64,000 nucleotides of DNA from Amoebidium appalachense. Taxonomy: Eukaryota; Protista; Ichthyosporea. Positions within the stretch are counted from its first letter, which is position 1. The number at the start of each line of letters is the position of its first letter. Where the stretch lies: contig CAVNZM010000005.1 of the NCBI GenBank assembly GCA_963693365.1, forward strand, positions 186,001-250,000, in the 5' to 3' direction. Of this stretch, positions 26,027-38,222 are shown piece after piece. The notes beneath the pieces are model-generated. The model made no database searches. It had not been told where the DNA came from and saw nothing but the letters and a program-made list of their open reading frames with translations. Position numbers and translations under genes: made by a program.

Positions 26027-26828
26027 ACACACACACAAAAAAAATGATGCTTCATTTACTGTGATAGAGAGTGGGCCCCTGTGATACCTGGTTTTCCACT
26101 TTGGGCAGCACAACCCCAAAACATCAGACACAGTAAGATACCAGGTAAATCGGGAGTAGGGTCTAGAACCTTTAGGTTCCTCGGCCGTGGGTTTCGTCAT
26201 CTTACTTGTGACCCCCTCCCCCCTCCCCCCCTCTTCCCCTCTCCCCCCCCCCCCCCCCCCCTCTTCCCCTCCCCCCCTCCCCCTCCCGCCCCCCCCCGGG
26301 GGGGGGGGGGGAGGGGGGTTGGGGGGGGGGGGAACCTGTCCCTGAGAAGCACTGGGACAGGGAATGTCTAATGCGGGGCATCGGGGAGTGCCACAAGGGG
26401 GTGGGGATGGGGGTGGGGGGGGGATGGATAGAGGAATAAGCGTTTGCTGCCGCGTGCTGTGCGTGCATTGTGACACCGTGTTCACGTTGCTATGTGACAT
26501 AGGCACAGTGGGCAGGCCCTGGACTGATGGAAAGCATGTGGCGGTCATGTGCTTGCTTTCGGCTTCTGTAAAAAAAACTTTGAAATACAGAAAACGTGTC
26601 CGCTATAGAGCTGAAGTTTCGCACGGCTTTATATCGTATTTTTCGTTAAAATTGTTCTTACGTTTTTCTTTTCGTTAAAAATTGTTGTTTTGCCTGGGGG
26701 TTTGAATTTTATTTTTTGAGTGATTATCATTGAACCTTGCCAGTGGATTGGTTTTGGTTATTTTCATAGCCGGCATATTGATGCACACGTCACATGCACA
26801 TGCACACGCACATGTACACGCACGCGCG

Positions 26829-26873
<45 letters not shown>

Positions 26874-26913
26874 TAAAAAAAAACAGTGCCACACTCACAT
26901 GCACGTGCGCAGA

Positions 26914-26954
<41 letters not shown>

Positions 26955-28251
26955 TAAAAAAAAAACAGTGCCACACTCACATGCACGTGCGCAGACGTAC
27001 ACACGCACACACGCACACACACACGCACACATAAAAGCACCCACACCGTACACCAGTGGTACACCACACACGTGACACACACCTTACCATGCCCTCGACA
27101 CCCCCCCCCCTCCCCCCCCCCCCTCTTGTACCTCCCCCCTCCCCCCCCCCCCCCCCCCCCCTCCCCCGCAAGCACGCACATGTGTACACCTTCCAAACCT
27201 TCCAAAAAAATTGTTGCTGGCAGGAGTGGGGAAGAGGGAAAAGAGGAGGGAGGACAGAGAGGCCGGAGGGAGGGGAGGGGCCTGGGAGGAAGGTGTGGAG
27301 AGGGGAGAAGGGGGGGGTAATTCCGTGCATGCGGGCTGCCGTGCACTGCATGACACCACTATGCCGTATACTTGCATGCTCTGGCCAGAGCGTAGGCAGC
27401 AATGACCTTCCAAGGCTTGACTTTTTATCATATATGTTTTCAACCGGCTGTTGAGTTTTGGTATTGTGACTTTTGGTTGGAAGTTCACTTTTTGTTTTGG
27501 TTTTCTGGCCTAAAAACGAGTCTTTTCAACCTGAAAGAGTTTCGCTTCTGATGGTTTTTTTTTTTTGGCGGGTGTTCGCATTGTGACACACGTGCACACA
27601 CACACACCCAGCCCGGCACGCACGCACACACGCACACATGCACACACAATCACACACAGGAGGACCCCTTAGAGCAACTACCGACTGTATCAGCATGCAC
27701 GTGGCAGGTTCTGTGGGTACATGGCACGGAGAACAAGGCCACCGCTTGCGTCCGTTTTTCTTTTTTCTTCTTTTTTTTTCTTTGTCGGAGGGGGAAAGGG
27801 GTTGCAGGCGAGGGGAGTTGGAGGAGTGGCGGTGACCGACTCAGCCACACAGCTGCAGTCACAATAAAGTATGTTGGCGCGTTTTATTTCAAAGTCAATA
27901 ACGGTTGGGACTCAGTCATGTTCTGATATTATGATATTTCATGCAGTGTAATGCAGCATACATGCATTGCACGTGCACTTTCGTTGCAACTAATTCATAA
28001 ATTAATGCTAAGTTTACATCAATCGTGTTATGAAAAAACACGTGCCAGACGTGTGCTCAGACCGAGACATAAGGGTTAGTTAATAGGACATGGTGCAAGG
28101 TGGCGACAAGTAGCTCTGCCCCAAACATGGAATGCGAAGTTAACACCGGATGCCTAGCTAGGCCTACTGTTACACACAGGTCCCGTGCAAACAGTGCACA
28201 AACCACTACAGTAAATCCATCTATGGTCCAAGTAGTCAAGGCCACCTCTCA

Positions 28252-29091
28252 CTATGCAGAGGGGGTTGGTGTGGGTGTCTCGGTGGTGCTTGGGCTACTC
28301 GACGCCCGCTGCATGGAACCCGAACGGAAGATTGGGGCCCGGCGCGACTTGTGCTTCTTTTTCTTGTCGTCTTTTGTGGCTGTGTCGGTCTCAGTCGTTT
28401 CACTAACATCAGCATCAGAAGTGGAATGGAAGACTGGGGCCCTGCGCGACTTGTGCTTCTTTTTCTTGTCGTCTTTTGTGTTTGCGTCGGTCTCAGTCGT
28501 TTCACTAACATCAGCATCAGAAGAGGAATGGAAGACTGGGGCCCTGCGCGACTTGTGCTTCTTTTTCTTGTCGTCTTTTGTGTTTGCGTCGGTCTCAGTC
28601 GTTTCACTAACATCAGCATCAGAAGAGGAATGGAAGACTGGGGCCCTGCGCGACTTGTGCTTCTTTTTCTTGTCGTCTTTTGTGTTTGCGTCGGTCTCAG
28701 TCGTTTCACTAACATCAGCATCAGAAGAGGAATGGAAGACTGGGGCCCTGCGCGACTTGTGCTTCTTTTTCTTGTCGTCTTTTGTGTTTGCGTCGGTCTC
28801 AGTCGTTTCACTAACATCAGCATCAGAAGTGGAATGGAAGACTGGGGCCCTGCGCGACTTGTGCTTCTTTTTCTTGTCGTCTTTTGTGTCTGCGTCGCTG
28901 TCCGTTGATTCAACACTAGTGTCCGCAATGGTTATGTCACCAAGGGGAAGGGGAGGCGCCTGCGGGTCTTTTGCAACCACAGACTGCGCACGGAAATTGG
29001 GTCCACGGCGGTGACGAAGAGTAGCAGCATCGGCCAAGCCTAGAAGGAGCATGCAAAGGGCAAGAGCAAAGAACACAATTGTCCGCGCCAT
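28252..29091 (-). CDS. Secreted 279-aa protein with 34-aa tandem repeats separated by polybasic/RR sites
   Basis: Intronless ORF with signal peptide MARTIVFFALALCMLLLGLADA and five full units APVFHS(S/T)SDADVSETTETDANTKDDKKKKHKSRR. Confidence 0.85.
   Translation of the reverse strand: MARTIVFFALALCMLLLGLADAATLRHRRGPNFRAQSVVAKDPQAPPLPLGDITIADTSVESTDSDADTKDDKKKKHKSRRAPVFHSTSDADVSETTETDANTKDDKKKKHKSRRAPVFHSSSDADVSETTETDANTKDDKKKKHKSRRAPVFHSSSDADVSETTETDANTKDDKKKKHKSRRAPVFHSSSDADVSETTETDANTKDDKKKKHKSRRAPVFHSTSDADVSETTETDTATKDDKKKKHKSRRAPIFRSGSMQRASSSPSTTETPTPTPSA
28330..28897. repeat. 102-bp coding tandem repeat, ~5.5 near-identical copies
   Basis: Direct reading; units differ at only a few positions. 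Confidence 0.95.
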
Positions 29092-30303
29092 GGTGCCGAG
29101 TCTCTAAGGCACTTGAAGTGGGCGGGTAAAGAACGTGGCTTATATGCGCACCTGTGGGTGGATAATATACTAAAGATGATTGTTGACACTTGCCACAACT
29201 CTATTCACCCGATGTAGCTGTATGTATGTACTGGTGACTGAGAGTGAAAACATGGTGCTGCAGTTTTGTTTTGGCCCTTGGCGCGATGTCGCCTCATGGC
29301 TTGCATGCCATAGAAGGCTTTCAGCCAATCACAATTTCTTCTTACCAGCCAATCCACCACATTTGGCTTTTCAAGATGATCTTATCAGCACTACTATGTG
29401 GCCCGTTATAAGCCAGCCAATCACGAAACCTAAATTTATCGGAGTCAACCAGAGGGGCAGGGTGTGAACGTGACAATTGCATCTGGCTTTGTAACAGGAT
29501 GACGCCCTTAGAGCCACCAACCGTTTTCAGTTAGCGTTTTCTTTCTCTCTTTTTTTCTGTACTTACTAGAGCTGTGCTGGTTGGATATTTGTCTAATACT
29601 AGTGGACCTTACCTTAAAAAGTTACGGGCAATTTTAGGTTTCAGGGACAATTTTGCACTTGTGGCCAAAACAAACCAAACATTTCACAGCCTGACCATAC
29701 TCATGCAGGTCCCAGGTGCCTATAACCGTGGTCCCATGTTTGTGCACTGCCGTGTAAAAGAAAGTATTTAAAGATTCACACTGTCTTGAACTGTCACTCA
29801 GTGTTCTCTAGTGCACGATTTTTTTCTTTGGCATATGTCTGGCAGCCACTCTGAGCTCGAGAAGGAGACGGTGCCAGGGCCCGGAAGGAGACGGTGGGCG
29901 CGAGGCCGCCGGCCGTTCGACGGCGTGTTTGCACGCGCAGATTCTTCAAATATTTCGAATTCCACTGATGTTACGGGACTGTACCCTCGACATGACGACC
30001 CACGCGCAAGGGTCGTGACAGTCTGACAGTCAGACTCGCGAGTCTCGTGGCAAACACGTGGCTAAGGTGACAGTCGGCCAGCAAAGCCTCCTATCAAGTA
30101 ATCAACAATTGAAGGCCTTGCAGTCTTCACAACACATTGCATATATATGGGCATGCATGTACTGGCTGTACCTAAACGTCGTCGAGGGGAGGCTGCTGAT
30201 CACTATCGATATCCGTTGCTCAGCGTGCATGCCCACTGCTCTGAGCTGTGTGTGCCACTGGGTATCAGTATGGAGTGTTTTTTTGGGAGGGCGGCGGGTG
30301 GGG

Positions 30304-30341
<38 letters not shown>

Positions 30342-30606
30342 GTTTGGAGGTGGGGGTTGGTTTCAGCTTGATGTTCCCGCAGCTACGCGGCGGAAAGTAA
30401 TTCCAAAAAAAAAAAAAAATTACACACAAACCGGTACCGTATTTGGGGGTTTACACACTTTTTATTGCGTGGACATTGCCGGAGGCCCAGCCACATTCGA
30501 CGGCCTACTGCGTTTTCCAGCACAGCCAATCAAATGCAGCCAGTGACATATGTACATGCTAGGCAACAATGAGCGCCATCGTAGGATCTGACACCCCTAT
30601 TACATA

Positions 30607-33600
30607 TTATGGGTAAGCAGATGCTAGCATCGGTAGCTCCGACAGAAAGTTAAGGCACCGGATCACAATATCATACTGTGCAGCATTAATAAGGTGATCT
30701 AGGATAGTCATCTTAAAACGGATATATTGAGGAAGAGATGAAGAAAAGAGAATAAAACCGCCAATAACCTCCGGTTCTAATACATTAGCTAACAGGTTGC
30801 ATTTATTGATAGATATGCAGCCGCGAGTAAACCGCCCCCCACACATATTACACATACGAGCAGGAGACACCAGAAACCGATTACACCGCCAAGCCATAAT
30901 CATCTTTGCGTTTTTACACCACACCACATTACGAATAAACGAATCTATGTATGAACGAGACTCTCTAACCGTATCCGCCATATAGGCTACTAGTAGTTGG
31001 TGTTTGTGCGGTCCTAACACCGGAAGGGACTCAACACGTAGAGTAAAAAGATATCTATCAGCCATAGACTTGAAACTATTCATATTCACACTATGATCTA
31101 GCCGTACCTCCGGGGGGGTCGCCAGCCATTCCACATAGCGCTCGGCAATGGGCAGAGACGATGGGGAAGGGAAGAGGTACAGGGGCGAATCCGGCGGGGA
31201 TGCGTGTAGCCGGAAGAGCGGGTGGTCCGGGGCACAAGCGGACAGGCGGGTGATGTGCTCGTGAAATTTAAGGGCTAATTCGTGTACGCGTTGTGATGGT
31301 GGTGTGAGTGCGTAGAGAGAATCAAAAAGGCGTCTAGGGATAGGTGTGGAAAGACCAGTGAGAAACATACAACAAGTTGTGTAATGGAAATCATCTAATG
31401 ATTTGAGGACATTAGTAACAGTATCAGGGGGTGCCATAGCTAGTAAGGGCAACCCGTATTCCGACAAAGGGCGAATATATGTGCGAAATATACTAAGACG
31501 ATTGTATAGGTGGACAGTATGAGAAAGAGAAGCAAGATACACATCCCGAAATAACCGAAGACACCTCCCTGCACTCTCCACCCGACGGTCGATCATCCGT
31601 TTGAAACATATGCCCCATTCGTCCACCGGAATCCCCAAATACTTGTATTCGATTGGGCGAGGGAGGGGACTGCCGAAAATACAAACGTCGTCCCATGCCG
31701 GTATCGATTTTGATAAAAGGGCACACTTTTTGACATTAATCTGCATATCGTTGCGCTGGCACCAATGTTCAACCACACGAATGTATTGCCGTAGTTCGAG
31801 AGGATCGGATGACATAAGCACAATATCGTCGGCAAAAAAGAGGGCGGGAGGAGCCTGGGATGGCAACCCCCCGTCAATTTGTGCCGCAGAAAGAGTGTCG
31901 GCTAAATCATCAATATACAGGTTGAAAAGAAGAGGACTTAGCAGGGACCCTTGAAGTACCCCGCGCGTGCGGGTAAACCCTGGGGATAGCCGCCCATTAA
32001 CCACCGCTCGTCCGCGTGTAAACGTAAACATAGCTTCCAGTAGCCGACCCATTTGGAATGGGACACCGCGAGTGGCTAACTTGGCCCACAGGCGAGGGAG
32101 GTCGACCGTGTCGTACGCGTTCTTAAAATCGATAAATACGAGGTGCTCGGTATCACTTTGAGTTGCATTATGTAGAGTGAGGATTTGTGCGTAACATGAG
32201 TGTCGATGCCGAAACGCCGCCTGAAGAGGGCTCAGCTGGGAAGCCTGCTTAAGGGTGGGGTTACGGGAAAAGGCCTGTAAAAGGCCACTTTCGAATAATC
32301 GGCGAAAAACGGACGTAAGGGTGATAGGGCGAAATTCGTGGATGGGACCCTGTGCAACCGTTTTCTTGATGGGAAACACTAAGGTGGCTAGCCACTCCGA
32401 GGGCACTTTACCGACATCAGAATACCAGCTAAACAACTCGCTAAGAATACATGTAAGTGGTGGCGGCGGGCCACGCTTTTCGTCTTTCTCGGGTCGGGGT
32501 GGGATGAGTACCTTAAGTAGTGCCATAGGGATGCCGTCCGGCCCGCACGCTTTGCGGGACGGGTAACGGGAGACTAACTGCCATACCGCATCTGGGGTAA
32601 AAAGTTCCCCCAATTCCGCCCCAAACTCAGCCGGCCCCGCTGGCCACGCCGTGTGTGGTGGTGGTGGTGTGTCGGAGGGTGGAACAAAAACAGGAGGGGG
32701 CGCCTGCCCCAGGTCCGTGGCCATACATGTCGGGTTACGTTTAAACAGGGTGCCGTAAAAGGAATCGGTTGCAGATTCCGGGTCGGATGACGGGTCGGCC
32801 GTTATTCGAATCGAATGATCGCCGCGATCAATCTTCCGAATATTACCCAATAGCATGTGATACGGTAGAGGCTTACGTAAGGCAGCCTCCGCTCGAGGGC
32901 CGCGAGTGTGTGTAGTTCGTGCTTGTGGGTAAACTTGGGCACCTAAACAGGCATATTCACCTATGTCCCACAAGGTTTCTCGTACTGTAGACCAGACGCT
33001 ATCGATGAAGGTCTGGTCGGTGCGTAGTGGGGTTTGGCGTCCATCACGCACAAGCGATAATAGACTCGGTTGCACCGTCTCGAAAAAGAAGCGAGTGTCT
33101 GCTTGGCCGCGCTGGCTTTTAAGTTCGCGTACGTTAAGTCTGTAAGTGTGTTGTGGTGACGGCGTAGAACGGCTAAGTGTAGTGCGAAAGACTATAGGTA
33201 GGTGGTCTGACGGTGGGGGGTGTAGGTTGTGGTGTATGTGTAAGGTGCAAGGACCAGAGGCTGCCCCCCAGTCCGTGCGGTGTTCTTGTACTACAGATGG
33301 AAGAGTAAGGCGTAAGGCTGTAACAAAAGTGTGAAAGGTTGGCGTGCGTGGGTGGTTGGGTTTAAGTAGGGCCTGTGGGTGGCCGTGTAGGGGGTGTGGG
33401 GTGGTAGTTAGCGGGCTATTAAAGTCTCCTAACACTAGTGTGGGGTTATGTGGGGCGATGGTGTTAAGCTCGTGTTTAAGTGCTAGAAGTGGAAGGCTAG
33501 GTGGAAAATAAACAAAAGTGCATATATGGCCACAAACTGAGATGGTGAGTGTGTGTATTGTACGTGCTATAACTGAACAGTGGTTAACAAAGTGGTAGGC

Positions 33601-33810
33601 GGCGATGAACACTATGCCGGAGTGAGGCTTGTGGCCCACAGGCTGAGTAGACTCGCCGACGAGCCGTCCAGACCGACGGAGTGTGGCGTGGTCTCGCCAC
33701 CACGTTTCTGCGACAACAATAAACGGGAACTCCTGTTGGGGTAACGAAAGAAGAAACTGTGCTTTACTCTTATTTAGACTACGAGCATTCCAGAAAAGAA
33801 AGGAGAGCAT
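30607..33810 (-). CDS. ORF2: AP endonuclease + reverse transcriptase + Cys-containing C-terminus (1067 aa)
   Basis: APE motifs WNARSL, ETW, GDFN, SDH. RT motifs KACGPDGIP, FRPITL, QAAFR, IDFKNAYDTV, GVLQGSLLSPLLF, FADD, YKYLG. C-terminal CNMCGGRFTRGC. Confidence 0.95.
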   Translation of the reverse strand: MLSFLFWNARSLNKSKAQFLLSLPQQEFPFIVVAETWWRDHATLRRSGRLVGESTQPVGHKPHSGIVFIAAYHFVNHCSVIARTIHTLTISVCGHICTFVYFPPSLPLLALKHELNTIAPHNPTLVLGDFNSPLTTTPHPLHGHPQALLKPNHPRTPTFHTFVTALRLTLPSVVQEHRTDWGAASGPCTLHIHHNLHPPPSDHLPIVFRTTLSRSTPSPQHTYRLNVRELKSQRGQADTRFFFETVQPSLLSLVRDGRQTPLRTDQTFIDSVWSTVRETLWDIGEYACLGAQVYPQARTTHTRGPRAEAALRKPLPYHMLLGNIRKIDRGDHSIRITADPSSDPESATDSFYGTLFKRNPTCMATDLGQAPPPVFVPPSDTPPPPHTAWPAGPAEFGAELGELFTPDAVWQLVSRYPSRKACGPDGIPMALLKVLIPPRPEKDEKRGPPPPLTCILSELFSWYSDVGKVPSEWLATLVFPIKKTVAQGPIHEFRPITLTSVFRRLFESGLLQAFSRNPTLKQASQLSPLQAAFRHRHSCYAQILTLHNATQSDTEHLVFIDFKNAYDTVDLPRLWAKLATRGVPFQMGRLLEAMFTFTRGRAVVNGRLSPGFTRTRGVLQGSLLSPLLFNLYIDDLADTLSAAQIDGGLPSQAPPALFFADDIVLMSSDPLELRQYIRVVEHWCQRNDMQINVKKCALLSKSIPAWDDVCIFGSPLPRPIEYKYLGIPVDEWGICFKRMIDRRVESAGRCLRLFRDVYLASLSHTVHLYNRLSIFRTYIRPLSEYGLPLLAMAPPDTVTNVLKSLDDFHYTTCCMFLTGLSTPIPRRLFDSLYALTPPSQRVHELALKFHEHITRLSACAPDHPLFRLHASPPDSPLYLFPSPSSLPIAERYVEWLATPPEVRLDHSVNMNSFKSMADRYLFTLRVESLPVLGPHKHQLLVAYMADTVRESRSYIDSFIRNVVWCKNAKMIMAWRCNRFLVSPARMCNMCGGRFTRGCISINKCNLLANVLEPEVIGGFILFSSSLPQYIRFKMTILDHLINAAQYDIVIRCLNFLSELPMLASAYP

Positions 33811-33812
33811 GC

Positions 33813-34364
33813 TTACTGGGAGTTGGCTGGTGCGGCGGTGGGGTCGTAGGGCTTGCTGAAGACCTGCACGTGCTGAGCCTCCCAGTAGGCACGCACCTCA
33901 GCTGCTGTTTTGGCCCGGCTGTCGTGTGCCGGGTAAAGTGTGGCTGCCTTGACAGCCCATGCATGGGCGTTGGCCATTCTTGCAAGCACCCGGCGTTGCC
34001 AAGAGGCCCGGGCAGCGGCCTCTGCATCAACACGGTTAAGTGTGGTGTTGTAGGGAGCCGTAGGATCGAAGTCTGCGAGAAAGGTGGCGTCGGTAGCACG
34101 TTGGATGATGTTTATGAGGGTATCACGGTAGCCGGCACGCACAATGAACACTGTGTAGCGACGGCCAATGAAGAGCATGTCGGGAATCATTCGGTTGAGG
34201 ACACCGAGGGTGTAAAGACGGTCACGCATGGTGCTGATGTTGGCCGGCACCAAGGTGAAGGCTGCAGTGGTCAACTCGGACTCGTCGGTACCCTGAGGGG
34301 CAGGGTCAGACGCCACCCGAGGGCGGCGGGTTGGGTTCTAAGTGCACGCGGAAAGTATTGCCAT
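33813..34364 (-). CDS. ORF1 of the non-LTR element, interrupted by an in-frame TAG at codon 9
   Basis: ATG at 34364 is in frame with the 167-aa ORF, with TAG at 34338-34340. The ORF stop abuts the ORF2 ATG. Confidence 0.6.
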
Positions 34365-34556
34365 CGGATAATTGTGACCACACACACACCAAGTGTACTA
34401 CTTGCACGTCGCGGTGGTCACTGAGTATTTGGAGGGTATTAGCAAGACCGAGACAAGATACTAAGTAGTGGGCTCTGCCAGCTGCAGCTGCAGAATATAT
34501 TTTAGCTGTTGACTATCAATCGATAGTAGTCTATGGGCCATAGCCAGAAATTTGAA

Positions 34557-34847
34557 AGGGGGTTTCTTTTAGGCCGATTAATTGCACCCATTCCAGCACA
34601 TCCGGGTCAAGCCATTTGTTCAGCATATAAATCATGATATTAACTTCAATTTTTTCCTAACGCTTTATTATTATTATATTCTGTATTTCTTTTTTTTTCC
34701 TTTCCTTTTTCTTTTTTGTTGTATTATGGCGCATCTGTACCTTGCTGCCGGCCAAACAATGGTGCGCAACTGATGCGCAGCACGCCAATCATATAGCTAG
34801 AAACCCCTCTGACCCGACCCGGCCCGAAAAGCTAAAAGAAACCCCCT
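34557..34847. mobile_element. ~290-bp MITE, Kolobok-like termini
   Basis: TIRs agggggtttcttttag / ctaaaagaaaccccct, flanked by tgaa and ttaa (TTAA-like TSD with one mismatch); AT-rich non-coding interior. Confidence 0.55.
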
Positions 34848-34883
34848 TTAAACACAGCACCACGACCTTGCATGCCATGGCAT

Positions 34884-34921
34884 CAAGGCCTCCTAAATAG
34901 TGTGCTATTTAGGAGGCCTTG
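34884..34921. repeat. Perfect 17-bp inverted repeat with 4-nt spacer
   Basis: caaggcctcctaaatag-tgtg-ctatttaggaggccttg, plus outer arms atgccatg/catggcat. Confidence 0.9.
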
Positions 34922-35409
34922 CATGGCATAGCTACACACATAGAGCACCACCGGGGCACCATCTCAGTTACAATTAAAAACTTTGGGTATGCTCCAAGAC
35001 AGCCCTCATCAGTTGGACGTCGACCATACATTCACCCCTACCTTTCGACCTCTCTGTGTTTTCCTGGCACCTATCAATTCAATACGACATATTAAGCTCA
35101 CCAACCGACTGCTGGTGTGACATATCCGTGATGCAACCCATTCACACTCCATTGCATACAGTATATTAAAGCTAGCTAGATGTTGTTCCCTAATATTACC
35201 ACAGGCTTGCAAGCATGAGCAAAAGGGGACACAGAGCCAACTTCCTGCCATGCCCATTATGCATTACAAAGACAGCTGCCCCACTCACAAATATACACTT
35301 GTCCATTCTCCACACCCACACGGGCGCACATAGCATTGTCAGCTTTGCCACAGAGTGATTTAAAGGCCCAAATGTGAATGTGTTCTCCAACAGAAAGTGC
35401 ACACGACTG

Positions 35410-35876
35410 CTAGAACGTAATGCCCCGCTTGCTCGTTGTCTCAGCATTATTTTTAGCAACCCACTCGGTAACCTGCTTGTGGTGGGGATCCTCCCTGTCC
35501 AGGGCAGCCACGGCCAGGCCGGGAAAGTTTTTGCGCAAAAGCTCAGCAACCAAAGACACGTGCTTGCCGTCAGGGGCATACGTGCCCGAATTGTTGTCGA
35601 TCACAAGGTGGTAGCCCCCCTCGGGCCGTGGAACAATCACGAACTCACCCGCATAGCGCACCTGTGTGCCGTGCATGTGTGAGTGTGGGTGATGGTGGTC
35701 GTGGCGGTGTATTGATGGTGGTGGTGCCCGGGGGAGGGGGGGGAGGGGGGGGGGGGCAAGTGGTGGAAGAAAAGGGTAAGATGTGAGAACCAGCAGTAGC
35801 CTGAACCCCGAAATAAATGTTAAAACAAAAAAGCACGTTGCGGGTAAGAAAGAGGTTTTGGGGTGGGGGGGGGGGG

Positions 35877-35912
<36 letters not shown>

Positions 35913-36990
35913 CTTGGTAAGAAGGCAAGGCAAGGGGCCCGAGAGAGGAGATGTAAAAAGAGAAGTACTGGTGCTACGGGGGGGAGGGAGGGAGGGGAGG
36001 GGGGGGGGGGGGGGGGGAGGGGGGACAGGGGGAAGAAAGAAAGAGAGAGAGGGGGGGGGGGGGGGGGGGGGGAGGAGGAGAGAGAGAGAGAGAGGGAGGG
36101 AGAGAGAGAGGGGGGGGGGGGGGGTGGAGGGGGCAAAAGCAATGTAATCCACAGCACGCTTGCCAGTGGCCACGTGTACCTACAGCCTAAAATACACACA
36201 CGAGAAGAAACGAGACAAACACCTGCACCCCAAACACACATGAGGGGGCCAACCACACACACACACACATTCAGACACACCCGCCAGCATTTGCTGCACA
36301 CAAAGGTACCTTTCGTAGGAGGGTGTGTGTGTGTGTGTGTGTGTTTGGGGGTGGGATGGAGGGGGGGGGGGGGGGGGGGGGGGAGGAGGAAAAGAAGCCT
36401 AAGCACACTGTCACATTGGGAGAATGCACCCACCTCCTCCCCACAGTCGGCATGCATGGCGTGCTTGGAGGTCAGGTCCCGCATCACATCCTTGCCCGTG
36501 CGGCTGAACCGCCACCTGCCGTCCACCGTGACCACATACGTGTAGTAGTGGATGTAGCCCCGGTAGTGCCCATAGTCCAGTTTCTGAAGGAACTCATTGC
36601 CCCCCCGCACGGACCACTTGTCATAGCCCTTGCCCAGCTTGAAGTCACGGCTGTAGTAGTGGGAGTGTTGCAGGTGCAGGCCCTCACGGATGGTGCGGCT
36701 CTCCATGCTGCTGCCAAAGATGCGCTGCGCTGCATCGTACTTGCGGTTCCAGCCGAACTTGCGGTCCCCAAACACCTGCGTGTGTGCGTGTGTGGGTGGG
36801 GGGGAGGGGGGGGGGGGGGGGGGGAGAGGGGCAGGGGAGAGGGAGGGGGGGGGGAAGGGGGGGTTTGAATGCGGAACACGGTACGAAGTACGCATACACG
36901 AAGGACACATGCAAAGGCAAACATTCAAGTATGCAACATCAGCCATGCGCCCAGTATGCGTCATAAGCAGAGCCCATCCTCAGGGAGGGC

Positions 36991-37037
<47 letters not shown>

Positions 37038-37874
37038 ACCCGATTGATCAGAAGGGCTGACCGTCTGCAAACCAACGGCACCTTTCGAGGTTCCTTGTAC
37101 ATGGCTCAATCTCCCCCCCTTCCCCCCCGTCCCCTACCCCTTCTTGTTCACGCCATCAGTCCTCTATTCACGGAAAAAACCTTCACCTCTTTCTTAACAC
37201 TACCTCCCCCCCCCCCCCCCCCTGGCGCACCTACCCCCCCCCCCAATCCACCAACCCCCACCTCCTCAGCTCGCATACCTCCTGCACGTGGTCCAGTGCT
37301 ATCTCGTAGCACTTGAAGGTGCGCACATCGCTGAACACCGGATTGGCTGCCTCCTCTTTCTTCTCGCCAGGCCCCAGCTTGCTCATCAGCCCACTGACTG
37401 CCCCACTCACCGACTGGAATAAGCCCGTCAGGGGGCTATAGAACACCTCCACAGTGCGGCTGGGTACCTCTGGGGGTGGTTGGGACGGCCGGGGTGGGGG
37501 TGTGGGTTGTGCGGCCTCGGTGGCGGCTGGTGGCTGGGGTGCTGGGGAGGATGGGACTGGCGATGGTGGCGGGTAGTAGGGGGTGGGCTGAAGGTGGAGG
37601 GGGTGGTATTAGAATGCAGTTGTATACATGAGGTCTAGATGGAAACAAAGAAGAGATGCCGTGGGTGGTGGCAAGGTGCATGTATGTGTATTAGCTCCAA
37701 CCACATCAACAGTGGCCTGTGTGTGCATTTGCAACAGAAGGGAACCTAAATCTCTATCAAACAGGCCACACACATGCTCCAAGTCACTTTCAGAATTGAG
37801 GAGAGAGTTGGTGCCTGGTACGAGAAAGGTGTATCTGTGTGTGTGTTGGGGGAAGGCGGGGTGGTGGTGATGGT

Positions 37875-37950
<76 letters not shown>

Positions 37951-38180
37951 GAAGGAAGAGGGGGAGGAGGATGGAAGATGGGGAGGGAGGCCGAGGGGGA
38001 ATGGAGGTTTTGTGTTGGTGTGTTTGTGTGGGTGGGTGGGTGAGTGGGCGTGGGGGAAGAAAAAGACGGGTGATAAATGGTTGTGTGTGTGTGTGTGTGC
38101 GTGTGCGTGTATGGGGGGGTGGGGGGTCGGGGGTTGGGGGCATGGGGATATGGTGGTTGTAGCGATGTATCCATGTGTGT

Positions 38181-38222
<42 letters not shown>

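Larger units (their letters stand above)
30600..34490 (-). mobile_element. Non-LTR retrotransposon (APE + RT type), near full-length
   Basis: Intronless, microsatellite-free block with ORF1 and ORF2 separated by 2 nt. Exact termini, tail and TSD not identified. Confidence 0.9.

Noticed and set aside
28330-28897. Regular repeat resembling a CRISPR array
   Set aside because: No unique spacers; it is an in-frame coding tandem repeat in a eukaryotic ORF.
30016-30036. tgacagtctgacag motif shared with 2316-2329
   Set aside because: Only 14 bp in two copies; may be a transcription-factor site but unsupported.
34440-34480. Possible HDV-like ribozyme at the LINE 5' end; short similarity to 28058-28120 (agaccgagaca..ctctgcc)
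   Set aside because: The nested double pseudoknot could not be assembled and the similarity is too short to interpret.
37690-37834. Possible extra exon in the Pro-rich gene
   Set aside because: It contains a stop in the required phase, and the flanking exons join in frame without it.
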